In this document: one piece after another, positions 47,399 to 56,333 of the stretch | Numbering within the stretch: the first letter of the stretch is position 1 | How the letters are laid out: every line of letters starts with the position of its first letter | Source: Eubacteriales bacterium | Lineage (GTDB): Bacteria > Bacillota > Clostridia > Oscillospirales > SIG627 | DNA length: 64,000 bases | Assembly: GCA_045543495.1 (NCBI GenBank) | Contig: JAZQMO010000028.1 | Coordinates: 1,446-65,445, forward strand | Direction: 5' to 3' | Made by a program: the position numbers and the translations under genes | Notes under the pieces: model-generated | Databases searched by the model: none | What the model was told of the DNA's origin: nothing | The model's input: the letters and a program-made list of their open reading frames with translations, nothing else

Positions 47399-47911
47399 AT
47401 GATCAAAGGATTGGATCAGATCATTGATACCTTTTTTATCACATCGGAAAACAGCCGCTTTTACTTATCCAAAAACGGCCTTTTAATGGCAAGCGTTCCC
47501 GAAAAGGATTTTGAAGGAAGGGTGTTCTTATCCCTTGCCTTTCCCTTTGAGACCGAGGAGGAGTTTATCTGCGTTCAGAATGAGGAGAAGGAAGAGATCG
47601 GAATGATCGAAAGCCTGTCCTCGCTTGATCCCGAGACATGCTCGATCCTGAAGGGGGAATTGGAGAAAAAATATTTTGCTCCCAAGATCCTGGAGATCAC
47701 AAAATTTCGTGAGGCGGAAATGAACAGCTACTGGACCTGCCAAACGGATAAGGGTGTTTTGGAATTTACTGTTCGGGATACCCACCGAAGCCTTATTCGC
47801 ATCGGAGAGGATCGCCTGTATGTTATGGATTTTGACGGCTGTCGCTACGAGATCGAAAGCCTTGCGGCGCTTGATCGGAAAAGCTATTCCAAAATTCAGC
47901 TTTACCTGTAA
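47399..47911 (+). CDS. DUF1854 domain-containing protein
   Basis: LAFPF..., ...YFAPKILEI..., ...YWTCQTDKGVLEFTV... and ...DFDGCRYEIESLAALDRKSY...LYL match the DUF1854 pattern. It sits between two ABC genes, the characteristic position for this family. Confidence 0.8.
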   Translation: MIKGLDQIIDTFFITSENSRFYLSKNGLLMASVPEKDFEGRVFLSLAFPFETEEEFICVQNEEKEEIGMIESLSSLDPETCSILKGELEKKYFAPKILEITKFREAEMNSYWTCQTDKGVLEFTVRDTHRSLIRIGEDRLYVMDFDGCRYEIESLAALDRKSYSKIQLYL

Positions 47912-47925
47912 TAAGGAGAATTGTT

Positions 47926-50175
47926 TTGATCAATAAAGAGGAATTTGAACAGAAAATCGTGCCGCTCCTGTCCCGCTTTCAAAAGGAACTTTCGGACGAG
48001 GCTATATTTTCTCTTGCGGTCAATCTGGATCAAAACGCCGAGCCTTGGCTCGGGGCGGTGATCTTCGGCAAAAAGCATCTTGCCAAGGGCAGATTTGACG
48101 GCAGTGAATTTGTGTGCTATGAAACCCGGCGCATCACGGACGCTCGCTGGTCCTCCTTTGGAGGCGGTGCGGTTTGCGAGATCCTTTACGACGGGGAATG
48201 GTTGGAGCTTTGCCGTGCCTTCTCCTCGGAAAAGGCAAATGTCTCCCAGCTTGCCCGCATTGTGAAGGAGGTAGCGGGAGGCGTGCTTCGTCCCGAAGAT
48301 GCGGGCTTTGTGTACCGTACCACCGTTTGTCCCATTTGCCGCCGTCCCCTTACGAGAAAGGGAATGGTGATCTGCAACGTGTGTGCAGGCAGAAAAAAAT
48401 TCGGAACGCTCCTGTTTTCCATGATCCGCCCGCAGCTTGGCTGGATCGGGCTGACCTTTCTTTTGTTCTTTGTTACCTCGATCCTCAACCTTCTTTTGCC
48501 GAGCATTCAGGCCACCTTGGTGGATGATTATCTGACCTGCCCTGACCCCGAGGCAGTTCTGGCATCCTTTTCGTCTGTGATTTGGGTGATTTTGTCTATG
48601 GTTTTGGTTCGGCTGGGGATCACCACGGCTTCCGTTTTGCGAAATATCGTTCTGGCAAAGGTCAGCAATCACACCACCGTAATGCTTCGCCATATGGTGT
48701 ATGAAAAGATCCAAAGCCTTTCGGTGGCGGGGATCTCCAATCACTCTGCGGGAGACCTGATCAGCCGTGTCTCTCGGGATGCACAGGTCATATCCACCTT
48801 TCTCAACAGTCAGGCACCCAATATATTGGAGCAGAGCTTTACCATTCTTTTGGTCGGGGCTATGATCTTTGCCAAATCCTGGCTTCTCGGCTTGATGATC
48901 TTTGTACCCGTGCCCCTTGTGCTTTTGATCTTTCGCCTCATTTGGAAGCGAAATCATCGCTATTACAGCCGTCAGTGGGTGGAAAATTCCGCTTCCAATA
49001 CCATTCTTCACGATACCTTCAAGGGCGTTCGTGTGGTGAAGGTGTTCGGCACGGAAAAAAACGAAATTGAAAAGTATGACCGTGCGATCTTGGCGCAGAG
49101 AAACACCGCCTACCGCAATGAAAAGGCTTGGGCAAGAGTGGTTCCCTTTGCGGAATTTTTGCTTCAGCTGGGAAGCTTTTTCCTCCTGTATTTTGTGGGA
49201 AGCAAGATTCTTCAAGGGGAAATGACCATCGGCGAATTGACCATGTATTCCGCCTATGTCAGCCTGATTTACGCCCCCCTTCGCTGGATGGCCAATATCC
49301 CTTCCATTTTGCAGCACGTTTCCACCTCCACTGCTCGTATGTTCGAGGTTTTGGATGAGGAGCCCGATGTGGCCGATAAGGAGGATCCCGTGGAGATCCG
49401 CATCCGCGGAGAGGTGGAGATCGACCATATTTGGTTCGGCTACGATGAAAATGAAAACACTCTGGAGGATGTCTCCGTCACGGTGGGCCCCGGTGAAATG
49501 CTGGGCATCGTGGGAAAAAGCGGCGTGGGAAAAAGCACCCTCATCAACCTTATAATGCGTCTTTACGATGTGCGCCGAGGTGCCATCCGCATTGACGGGG
49601 TGGATGTGCGGGATCTGTCTCAGCGGTGCCTGCGCTCTCAGATCGGCGTGGTGCTTCAGGAGAGCTTTCTCTTTCACGGCACCGTGTATGAAAACATTGC
49701 TTACGCTAAGCCCGAGGCGAGTCGGGAAGAGGTGATGGCGGCGGCCCGTCTTGCCAATGCCCACTCCTTTATTATGAAGCTTCCCGATGGCTATAACACC
49801 ATGGTAGGGGAGAAGGGCCATACCCTTTCCGGCGGCGAACGGCAGAGAATCTCCATTGCCCGTGCCATTCTCCACGATCCCAAGATCCTGATTTTGGATG
49901 AGGCCACCAGCGCCTTGGATACCGAAACGGAAAAAATGGTGCAGGAGGCTCTGCAGCGCCTCTGCCAAAACCGCACTACCATTGCCATCGCCCATCGCCT
50001 TTCCACCCTCCGCAATGCCACCAAGCTCCTTGTTTTGGATCAAAAGACCGTGGCAGAGGTGGGAACCCATGAGGAATTGGTGCAAAAGGAGGGCGGCATT
50101 TATCAGGGCCTTGTTTTGGCGCAAAGGGAAATGTCCCGTGTGAAAAAGAGTGAAACGGACGTCAATGCAGGATAA
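47926..50175 (+). CDS. ABC exporter half-transporter (TMD-NBD) with an N-terminal cytosolic module of about 160 aa ending in a zinc ribbon
   Basis: CPIC-x12-CNVC at nt 48328-48384, six-TM domain, Walker A GKSGVGKST, LSGGERQR, ILILDEAT. The start is TTG, with GGAG upstream. Confidence 0.9.
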   Translation: MINKEEFEQKIVPLLSRFQKELSDEAIFSLAVNLDQNAEPWLGAVIFGKKHLAKGRFDGSEFVCYETRRITDARWSSFGGGAVCEILYDGEWLELCRAFSSEKANVSQLARIVKEVAGGVLRPEDAGFVYRTTVCPICRRPLTRKGMVICNVCAGRKKFGTLLFSMIRPQLGWIGLTFLLFFVTSILNLLLPSIQATLVDDYLTCPDPEAVLASFSSVIWVILSMVLVRLGITTASVLRNIVLAKVSNHTTVMLRHMVYEKIQSLSVAGISNHSAGDLISRVSRDAQVISTFLNSQAPNILEQSFTILLVGAMIFAKSWLLGLMIFVPVPLVLLIFRLIWKRNHRYYSRQWVENSASNTILHDTFKGVRVVKVFGTEKNEIEKYDRAILAQRNTAYRNEKAWARVVPFAEFLLQLGSFFLLYFVGSKILQGEMTIGELTMYSAYVSLIYAPLRWMANIPSILQHVSTSTARMFEVLDEEPDVADKEDPVEIRIRGEVEIDHIWFGYDENENTLEDVSVTVGPGEMLGIVGKSGVGKSTLINLIMRLYDVRRGAIRIDGVDVRDLSQRCLRSQIGVVLQESFLFHGTVYENIAYAKPEASREEVMAAARLANAHSFIMKLPDGYNTMVGEKGHTLSGGERQRISIARAILHDPKILILDEATSALDTETEKMVQEALQRLCQNRTTIAIAHRLSTLRNATKLLVLDQKTVAEVGTHEELVQKEGGIYQGLVLAQREMSRVKKSETDVNAG

Positions 50176-50176
50176 T

Positions 50177-50205
50177 TTGACAAATTCCTTGTTATGGTAT
50201 ATAAT
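50177..50205 (+). promoter_or_regulatory. Sigma-A type promoter upstream of glyQS
   Basis: TTGACA at 50177-50182, a 17-nt spacer, then TATAAT at 50200-50205. The leader is only about 50 nt, too short for a T-box. Confidence 0.6.
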
Positions 50206-50258
50206 GATGCTTTGTAATTTTCACCTGATCTCCAGTCAGGGAAGAAAGAGAGGATATT

Positions 50259-51650
50259 ATGAAAAACACAGAAAAAACAATGGATAAAATCGTAGCCCTT
50301 TGCAAGGGCAGAGGCTTCGTATACCCCGGTAGTGAGATCTACGGCGGTCTTGCCAACTCTTGGGATTACGGCCCCCTTGGCGTGGAGCTGAAGAACAATG
50401 TGAAGCGCGCCTGGTGGAAGAAGTTCGTGCAGGAGAGCCCCTATAACGTGGGTCTTGACAGCGCCATTCTGATGAACCCTCAGACTTGGGTGGCATCGGG
50501 CCACGTGGGCGGCTTTTCCGACCCCTTGATGGACTGCAAGGTTTGTAAGACCCGTCACAGAGCCGATAAGCTGGTGGAGGATTTCATTGCCGAAAACAAA
50601 ATGGATCTCAACCCCAACGGCTGGGATAACAACCGCCTTGCCGATTTTATCCGTGAGAACCATATTTCTTGCCCCGCTTGCGGCTCTGCCGATTTTACCG
50701 ATATCCGTAAGTTCAACCTGATGTTCAAGACCTTTCAGGGCGTAACCGAGGATTCCACCTCCGAGCTCTACCTCCGTCCCGAAACGGCGCAGGGTATCTT
50801 TGTAAACTTCAAGCACATTCAGCGTACCACCCGTAAAAAGGTTCCCTTCGGCGTAGGTCAGATCGGTAAATCCTTCCGTAACGAGATCACCCCCGGTAAC
50901 TTCATTTTCCGTATCCGTGAATTTGAGCAGATGGAATTGGAGTTCTTCTGCAAGCCCGGTACCGATCTGGAATGGTTTGAGTATTGGAGAAGCTATTGCG
51001 CCAAGTTCCTGTATGATCTCGGCATTGCAGAGGAGAACCTCCGTCTGCGTGACCACGATAAGGACGAGCTCAGCTTCTATTCCAAGGCAACCACCGACTT
51101 TGAGTTTATGTTCCCCTTCGGCTGGGGCGAGCTTTGGGGCATTGCCGACCGTACGGATTATGACCTGACCCAGCACGCCAACCACTCCGGCGAGCCTATG
51201 GAGTATTTTGATCCCGAGTCCGGCGAAAAGTATGTTCCTTACGTAATTGAGCCTTCTCTCGGTGCAGACCGTATCACCTTGGCCTTCCTTTGTGAGGCTT
51301 ACGATGAAGAGGTGGTGGGTGAGGGTGATACCCGTGTGGTAATGCACTTCCATCCTGCTCTGGCTCCCGTGAAGGCGGCCATTCTGCCTCTTTCCAAGAA
51401 GCTTTCCGACAAGGCAAGAGAGCTGTATGCCACCCTCGCTTCCGAATTCAATGTGGAGTTTGACGAAGCAGGCTCCATCGGTAAGAGATATCGCCGTCAG
51501 GATGAGATCGGAACTCCCTTCTGTATCACCTATGACTTTGATACCGAGACCGACGGCTGCGTTACCGTTCGTGACCGTGACTCTATGGAGCAGGTTCGTG
51601 TTCCTCTTGCAGAGGTGAAGGATTACATCGCAGAAAGAATCAAATTCTAA
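50259..51650 (+). CDS. glyQS: Glycine--tRNA ligase (homodimeric class II, GlyQS)
   Basis: 463 aa. [24 protein letters not shown]-terminus, class II motifs and an anticodon-binding C-terminus. Confidence 0.97.
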   Translation: MKNTEKTMDKIVALCKGRGFVYPGSEIYGGLANSWDYGPLGVELKNNVKRAWWKKFVQESPYNVGLDSAILMNPQTWVASGHVGGFSDPLMDCKVCKTRHRADKLVEDFIAENKMDLNPNGWDNNRLADFIRENHISCPACGSADFTDIRKFNLMFKTFQGVTEDSTSELYLRPETAQGIFVNFKHIQRTTRKKVPFGVGQIGKSFRNEITPGNFIFRIREFEQMELEFFCKPGTDLEWFEYWRSYCAKFLYDLGIAEENLRLRDHDKDELSFYSKATTDFEFMFPFGWGELWGIADRTDYDLTQHANHSGEPMEYFDPESGEKYVPYVIEPSLGADRITLAFLCEAYDEEVVGEGDTRVVMHFHPALAPVKAAILPLSKKLSDKARELYATLASEFNVEFDEAGSIGKRYRRQDEIGTPFCITYDFDTETDGCVTVRDRDSMEQVRVPLAEVKDYIAERIKF

Positions 51651-51663
51651 AGATAAGAAAAAA

Positions 51664-51690
51664 GACCGAGCGATCTGCTCGGTCTTTTGC
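51664..51690 (+). terminator. Intrinsic terminator after glyQS
   Basis: 8-bp stem GACCGAGC / GCTCGGTC, followed by TTTTGCTT. Confidence 0.7.
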
Positions 51691-51691
51691 T

Positions 51692-51730
51692 TAAAAAAGC
51701 TTCTACTCTCGAGTAGAAGCTTTTTCTTTT
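51692..51730. terminator. Second, bidirectional terminator hairpin (serves mgtC on the minus strand)
   Basis: 10-bp stem AGCTTCTACT / AGTAGAAGCT, flanked by an A-run and a T-run. Confidence 0.7.
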
Positions 51731-51736
51731 CGATTT

Positions 51737-52387
51737 TTAGTTTTCAGCGGCAAATACCACGTTTTCAAATTGCAGAAGCTCCTCGGTGGAAAGGCTCTGT
51801 CTGCGGTCCATCACAAGCTCCAGCCCCAAATGGCCGTTGAAATTGCTTTTGGGAGGGAGAATGCGGAAGAGCGGCTCCTTGGTGGCCTTTGCACGGATCT
51901 GATCCATCAGATCGTTGATCCGATTCATATCGGAGACCTCCAGATAAACCACCTTGGTGTTCTTTTTTCTTCTCTCCATTTTGGCAAGAAGAATGAGGGA
52001 AAACATCAGTGCGGCGGCGGTGATCAGGGCGCCTGTATAGAAGCCGTAGCCCAAAGCGATTCCCACGGTAGCCGTGGCCCATACCCCTGCGGCCGTGGTC
52101 AGACCTGTGATCATATTGTCATTTTTCAGAATGATCATTCCCGCACCGAGAAAGCCGACGCCGGAAATAACCTGAGCGGCAAGACGGAGCACGTCTCCCA
52201 CCTGGTATACCTGATAAACATAAATTCCCGTCATAGAGGTCATGGCGGAGCCAAGGCAGACCAAAACGTGTGTACGCATACCGGCGGCCCGACCGTGAAT
52301 GGATCGCTCTACACCGATGATCAGTCCCACCAATACGGAAAGTGCCACTCGAAACAGGATAACCTTCAATTCCATATCTGAGTACAT
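51737..52387 (-). CDS. mgtC: MgtC/SapB family protein
   Basis: N-terminal MgtC membrane domain (RVALSVLVGLIIGVERSIHGRAAGMRTH) and a C-terminal ACT-like domain. The start is ambiguous between ATG 52387 and ATG 52375. Confidence 0.85.
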   Translation of the reverse strand: MYSDMELKVILFRVALSVLVGLIIGVERSIHGRAAGMRTHVLVCLGSAMTSMTGIYVYQVYQVGDVLRLAAQVISGVGFLGAGMIILKNDNMITGLTTAAGVWATATVGIALGYGFYTGALITAAALMFSLILLAKMERRKKNTKVVYLEVSDMNRINDLMDQIRAKATKEPLFRILPPKSNFNGHLGLELVMDRRQSLSTEELLQFENVVFAAEN

Positions 52388-52489
52388 CTCCTTTGAAAAT
52401 AAAGATATTGGATGTATATGCTTGAAAATGCAAAAGATGCAAGAGCTTCCTCTTGCATCTTTTCATTTTGCATAGCAACGAGTGCAGTT

Positions 52490-52518
52490 ATTGTACGGCA
52501 AAGTTTTGATTTTGTCAA
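52490..52518 (-). promoter_or_regulatory. Sigma-A type promoter of mgtC
   Basis: On the minus strand: TTGACA at 52518-52513, a 17-nt spacer, then TACAAT at 52495-52490. Confidence 0.55.
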
Positions 52519-52575
52519 GAACTTTTGTGAATTTTGTCTTTTTTTATCATAAAAACGATCAAGAATCAAAAAAGA

Positions 52576-53118
52576 TCAATAGTTCTCTGCGTGTACCTCA
52601 AAGTAGCTCTTGGGATGGGCGCAGGTGGGGCAAAGCTCGGGAGCCTTGGTGCCAACCATAATGTGACCGCAGTTGCGGCACTCCCATACCTTGATCTCGC
52701 TCTTTTCAAATACCTGAGCGGTCTCAACATTCTTCAGAAGGGCACGGTATCTTTCCTCGTGGTGCTTTTCCACAGCGGCAACGAGGCGGAATTTGGCAGC
52801 CAGAACAGGGAAGCCCTCTTCCTCGGCGGTCTTGGCAAAGCCCTCGTACATATCGGTCCACTCATAGTTTTCGCCCTCGGCAGCGGCCAAAAGATTCTCA
52901 GCGGTATCACCGATGCCGCAAAGCTCCTTCAACCACAGCTTGGCGTGCTCCTTTTCATTGTCGGCGGTTTTCTGGAACAGAGCGCTGATTTGCTCGTAGC
53001 CTTCCTTCTTTGCTACGGAAGCAAAGTAAGTGTATTTGTTTCTTGCTTGGCTCTCACCGGCAAAGGCGGCTTCCAGATTCTTTTCGGTTTGGGTACCTTG
53101 ATAGGGATTGGTTTTCAT
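52576..53118 (-). CDS. rbr: Rubrerythrin
   Basis: Ferritin-like diiron domain ([14 protein letters not shown]...) plus a C-terminal rubredoxin-like CRNC...CPTC. Confidence 0.95.
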   Translation of the reverse strand: MKTNPYQGTQTEKNLEAAFAGESQARNKYTYFASVAKKEGYEQISALFQKTADNEKEHAKLWLKELCGIGDTAENLLAAAEGENYEWTDMYEGFAKTAEEEGFPVLAAKFRLVAAVEKHHEERYRALLKNVETAQVFEKSEIKVWECRNCGHIMVGTKAPELCPTCAHPKSYFEVHAENY

Positions 53119-53184
53119 GGGGAAACCTCTTTTCTTTTTTTCTTCATTATATCACAATTTTTCATTTTGAAAAGAGCTTTTTGC

Positions 53185-53210
53185 AAAAAAAGAAGCGGCA
53201 TTGCCGCTTT
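53185..53210 (-). terminator. Intrinsic terminator after the 56-aa ORF
   Basis: On the minus strand: GC-rich stem AAGCGG / CCGCTT immediately after the TAA, followed by a run of seven T. Confidence 0.6.
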
Positions 53211-53212
53211 TA

Positions 53213-53383
53213 TTACAGATCGTCTGCATCCTGCGTGGGCTTTTCCCGATAATCCATGGGAAGTCCCGTATACCACCCCTCGGGATCCGTGCGGGAAGGG
53301 GGGAGGTGGATCATATCGCTGGGGCCTGTTTCCACCAAGGGACGGGGACGACGGTCTTTGGGATTGAGCTTGATTTTTTTCAT
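53213..53383 (-). CDS. Small hypothetical protein, 56 aa (below the ORF-track cutoff)
   Basis: Manual translation gives MKKIKLNPKDRRPRPLVETGPSDMIHLPPSRTDPEGWYTGLPMDYREKPTQDADDL. AAGGAG lies 6 nt upstream of the ATG, and the ORF has its own terminator. Confidence 0.55.
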   Translation of the reverse strand: MKKIKLNPKDRRPRPLVETGPSDMIHLPPSRTDPEGWYTGLPMDYREKPTQDADDL

Positions 53384-53438
53384 TTCGCACTCCTTTTTTT
53401 CATAGTTTGCCGCTCCTGTTCTTTTTTATTCTTTTCCA

Positions 53439-53467
53439 TTGAAATTGCCGCCGTTTTATGTTAAAAT
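53439..53467 (+). promoter_or_regulatory. Sigma-A type promoter upstream of hprK
   Basis: TTGAAA at 53439-53444, a 17-nt spacer, then TAAAAT at 53462-53467 with an extended TGt. Confidence 0.55.
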
Positions 53468-53497
53468 AAAGTGAGATTTGTGAAAAGGAGATTTTTC

Positions 53498-54433
53498 ATG
53501 GCTGAAGGCAAGTATTTTATTACCCTTGGGGAGGTAATGGAGAAGTTTTCTCTTTCCGAGATCTGTTTGTCCGAAGAGGATAAGAAGAAAAAGATCTACC
53601 ATAAGGAGGTCAACCGCCCCGGCCTGTTTTTGGCGGGCTTTCCCGCTCATTTTGATCCCGAACGGATCCAAATTTTGGGAAAAACCGAGTATGAGTTTTT
53701 AGAGACCCTGCCTCCCGAAAAGAGAGATGGTGCCGTGGAGCGCCTGATGCGAGAAAAGCCTGTTTGTGTTATTCTCTGCCATGGAAAGACCCCGATGGAG
53801 GCCACCACCGCATTTGCCAAAAAGTATCAGGTTCCTCTGCTTCAGACCGAAAAGGATACCTGCAGCCTGATGGCTGACCTGATCTCTCAGTTGAATGTTG
53901 CGCTTGCCGATCGCATTACCCGCCACGGCGTTTTGGTAGAGGTCTACGGCGAGGGCGTATTGCTCTTGGGTGACAGCGGCGTAGGTAAAAGTGAGACCGC
54001 CATTGATCTGGTCAAGCGCGGCCATCGCCTGATTGCAGACGATGCGGTGGAGATCAAGCGTGTGTCGGATCGAACTCTGGTGGGCTCCGCTCCCGAAACC
54101 ATCCGCTATTATGTGGAATTGCGAGGAATCGGCGTGGTGGATGTTCGCAGACTGTTCGGTATGGGTGCCGTGAAGGATATGGAAAAGATCCAGCTTATCA
54201 TCAATCTGGAGCCTTGGGTGCAAGGAAAATTTTATGACAGATTGGGAATGGATACGGAATATACTGAATTGATGGGAATTCGGATTCCCTCCATCACCAT
54301 CCCCGTCCGTCCGGGACGAAACCTTGCCCTGATCATTGAGATCGCCACCATGAATATGCGCCAGAAGCTTATGGGCTTCAACACGGCAGAGGAATTGAAT
54401 GAACGCTTGATGAAGCAGTTCGGAGGAGAATAA
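53498..54433 (+). CDS. hprK: HPr kinase/phosphorylase
   Basis: Walker A GDSGVGKSE and the HprK signature LIADD...VELRGIG. ATG 53498 has AAGGAG upstream. Confidence 0.95.
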   Translation: MAEGKYFITLGEVMEKFSLSEICLSEEDKKKKIYHKEVNRPGLFLAGFPAHFDPERIQILGKTEYEFLETLPPEKRDGAVERLMREKPVCVILCHGKTPMEATTAFAKKYQVPLLQTEKDTCSLMADLISQLNVALADRITRHGVLVEVYGEGVLLLGDSGVGKSETAIDLVKRGHRLIADDAVEIKRVSDRTLVGSAPETIRYYVELRGIGVVDVRRLFGMGAVKDMEKIQLIINLEPWVQGKFYDRLGMDTEYTELMGIRIPSITIPVRPGRNLALIIEIATMNMRQKLMGFNTAEELNERLMKQFGGE

Positions 54434-55386
54434 TGTACTACATCGGTATTGACCTGGGAGGAACCAATATTGCCTGCGGGCTGGTTACGGTTTCCGGAGA
54501 ATTGATCCTGAAAAAAAGCTGTCCTACGGGGGCAGGGCGCCCCGCCGAGGAGATTATGGCGGATATGGCCGCCCTCATTGACTCTGTTCTTGACGAAGCG
54601 GAGATCAAACGGGAGAAGATCGCCTTCTGCGGCATCGCCTCTCCCGGCATTGCCAATTCCGATACGGGCTGCATCGAGTATTCCTGTAACCTTCCCTCCT
54701 TTTTGGGCTTTCCCATTGTGGAGGATCTGAAACAGCGCACCGGCTTTCCCCGTGTGGGGCTTGAGAACGATGCCAACTGTGCCGCCAAGGGAGAGGCGGA
54801 GGCAGGCGCCGCCAAGGGCTGTGCCTCCTCTGTTTTGATCACCTTGGGAACGGGCGTGGGAGGCGGTGTGATCTTAAACGGTGAGATCTACCGTGGCTTT
54901 AATTTCGCAGGTGCGGAATTGGGGCATATCGTCATGGATCGAAATGGCCCCGTTTGCTCCTGCGGCAGAAAGGGCTGCTGGGAAATGTACAGCTCCGCTA
55001 CTGCTCTCTGCCGTATGACCTGGGAAGCCATTGAGCAGAATCCTGATAGCCTGATGGCAAAAATGGTGGTCGGAAAAAGAGAAAACGTCAGCGGCAGAAC
55101 CGCTTTTGATGCCATGCGTGCAGGGGATCAGGCCGCCCAAGAGGTGGTGGAGAAATTTGCCGAGGGCCTTGCCTGCGGCATCACCAATATCGTCAATATC
55201 TTTCAGCCCGAGATCCTGACGGTGGGCGGCGGTATCAGCGCAGAAGGGGAGACCCTTTTGGCTCCCGTCCGTGCCATTTTGGAAAAAGAGCAGTATTCCC
55301 GTGTGTGTCAAAAGAAAACGGTACTGAAAAAGGCCGAGCTGGGAAATGATGCGGGCATCATCGGTGCGGCCCTGCTTTGGAGATGA
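54433..55386 (+). CDS. glcK: ROK family glucokinase
   Basis: IGIDLGGTN ATP motif and the ROK zinc motif CSCGRKGCWE. Confidence 0.9.
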   Translation: MYYIGIDLGGTNIACGLVTVSGELILKKSCPTGAGRPAEEIMADMAALIDSVLDEAEIKREKIAFCGIASPGIANSDTGCIEYSCNLPSFLGFPIVEDLKQRTGFPRVGLENDANCAAKGEAEAGAAKGCASSVLITLGTGVGGGVILNGEIYRGFNFAGAELGHIVMDRNGPVCSCGRKGCWEMYSSATALCRMTWEAIEQNPDSLMAKMVVGKRENVSGRTAFDAMRAGDQAAQEVVEKFAEGLACGITNIVNIFQPEILTVGGGISAEGETLLAPVRAILEKEQYSRVCQKKTVLKKAELGNDAGIIGAALLWR

Positions 55387-56315
55387 ATATGGAGTATGGA
55401 TTGCGCTTAAAGACCCTTTTGGAAAACGGGGTCAGCCAAGGCCGGTTTGCAAGGGAGGATTACCTTCTGGAGGAGGCGTATCCCTTGTCCAAGCTCACCT
55501 CGTTTCGCACCGGCGGCAACGCCTTGGTGCTGTTTCCCTTGAAAAAAGAGGTGCTCTGTTTTGTTTTGCCGTCTCTTGTGAAGGAGAAGATCCCCTATTT
55601 TGTGCTGGGCTTCGGCTCCAATGTGATCGCTCTTGACGAGGGGTATCACGGCGTTATTTTGAACCTGACCCAAATGAAGCACTATTGCGTGAAGGGGAAT
55701 GAAATTGAAGCGGAGGCGGGCGCATCCATTACGGGCCTTGCCGTTGCCGCACAAAAGCATTCCTTAACGGGAATGGAATTTTTCTACGGCATTCCCGGCA
55801 GTGTGGGCGGCGCCGTGTTTATGAATGCAGGAGCCTATGGCGGCGAGTGCAAGGATATTTTGAAATCCGTCACCTGTCTGACCCCCCACGGCGAGGTTTT
55901 GACCCTTGGGGTGCACTCCCTTCAAATGGGGTACAGGACCAGCGTCTTTGAAAAGAACGGAGCCGTGATCCTTTCGGCCACCTTTCTTCTCAGGAAGGGA
56001 GAGGGAGAGGCCATTCGTGCCACCATGGAGGATCTTATGGGCCGCAGAACCGAAAAGCAGCCCTTGGATTATCCCAGCGCAGGCAGTACCTTCAAGCGTT
56101 ACGAGGGCTTCTTCACAGCCAAAATGATCGAGGAAGCGGGCCTCAAGGGCTATCGCTGCGGCGGTGCCATGGTGTCCGAAAAGCATGCAGGCTTTGTGAT
56201 CAATTACGATCACGCCACCTCAAAGGACATTTTGAAAGTGATCGCTCACGTGCAAAAGGTCATTTTGGAAAAGGAAGGAATCTCCATTCAGCGAGAGGTG
56301 CGCATTATTGAATAA
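55383..56315 (+). CDS. murB: UDP-N-acetylenolpyruvoylglucosamine reductase
   Basis: FAD-binding PCMH domain (FRTGGNA...) with a MurB C-terminal domain (YPSAGSTFKR, GGAMVSEKHAGFVIN). ATG 55383 overlaps the glcK stop (ATGA). Confidence 0.93.
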   Translation: MNMEYGLRLKTLLENGVSQGRFAREDYLLEEAYPLSKLTSFRTGGNALVLFPLKKEVLCFVLPSLVKEKIPYFVLGFGSNVIALDEGYHGVILNLTQMKHYCVKGNEIEAEAGASITGLAVAAQKHSLTGMEFFYGIPGSVGGAVFMNAGAYGGECKDILKSVTCLTPHGEVLTLGVHSLQMGYRTSVFEKNGAVILSATFLLRKGEGEAIRATMEDLMGRRTEKQPLDYPSAGSTFKRYEGFFTAKMIEEAGLKGYRCGGAMVSEKHAGFVINYDHATSKDILKVIAHVQKVILEKEGISIQREVRIIE

Positions 56316-56333
56316 AAAAGAAGAGGAAACAAA

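Noticed and set aside
47902-50124. A 740-aa ORF on the minus strand, fully antisense to the second ABC transporter gene.
   Set aside because: Its codons are in the same register as the sense gene. Antisense stops would need sense TTA, CTA or TCA, and this genome avoids those codons. The translation is low-complexity (G/H/K/L-rich) with no motifs or RBS, while the sense strand has clear ABC motifs. This is a shadow ORF.
50176-50258. An expected T-box leader upstream of glyQS, and similarly upstream of cysS at 15154-15162.
   Set aside because: The leaders are about 50 nt and 9 nt, far too short for a T-box. No specifier or antiterminator structure is present.
52366-52569. A possible leader peptide (MQNEKMQEEALASF..., inside the 67-aa track ORF) in the mgtC leader.
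   Set aside because: No Shine-Dalgarno precedes either ATG, and most of the ORF is the two arms of the long hairpin. There is no support for translation.
52534-53367. A 277-aa plus-strand ORF covering rubrerythrin and the small-ORF region.
   Set aside because: It is antisense to the clearly recognisable rubrerythrin gene. It has no RBS and reads through a terminator hairpin.
53115-53390. The 91-aa minus-strand ORF listed in the track.
   Set aside because: It has no RBS, reads through the terminator hairpin and overlaps the rbr start. A different frame holds a 56-aa ORF with a canonical RBS and terminator, and that one is reported instead.
53403-53431. A sigma-G/F-like promoter (GAATA, 17 nt, CAAACTA) upstream of the 56-aa ORF, which would have suggested a small spore protein.
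   Set aside because: The implied transcription start would fall on or inside the SD, only 7-9 nt after 53403. One -10 position also mismatches. This is not credible without data.
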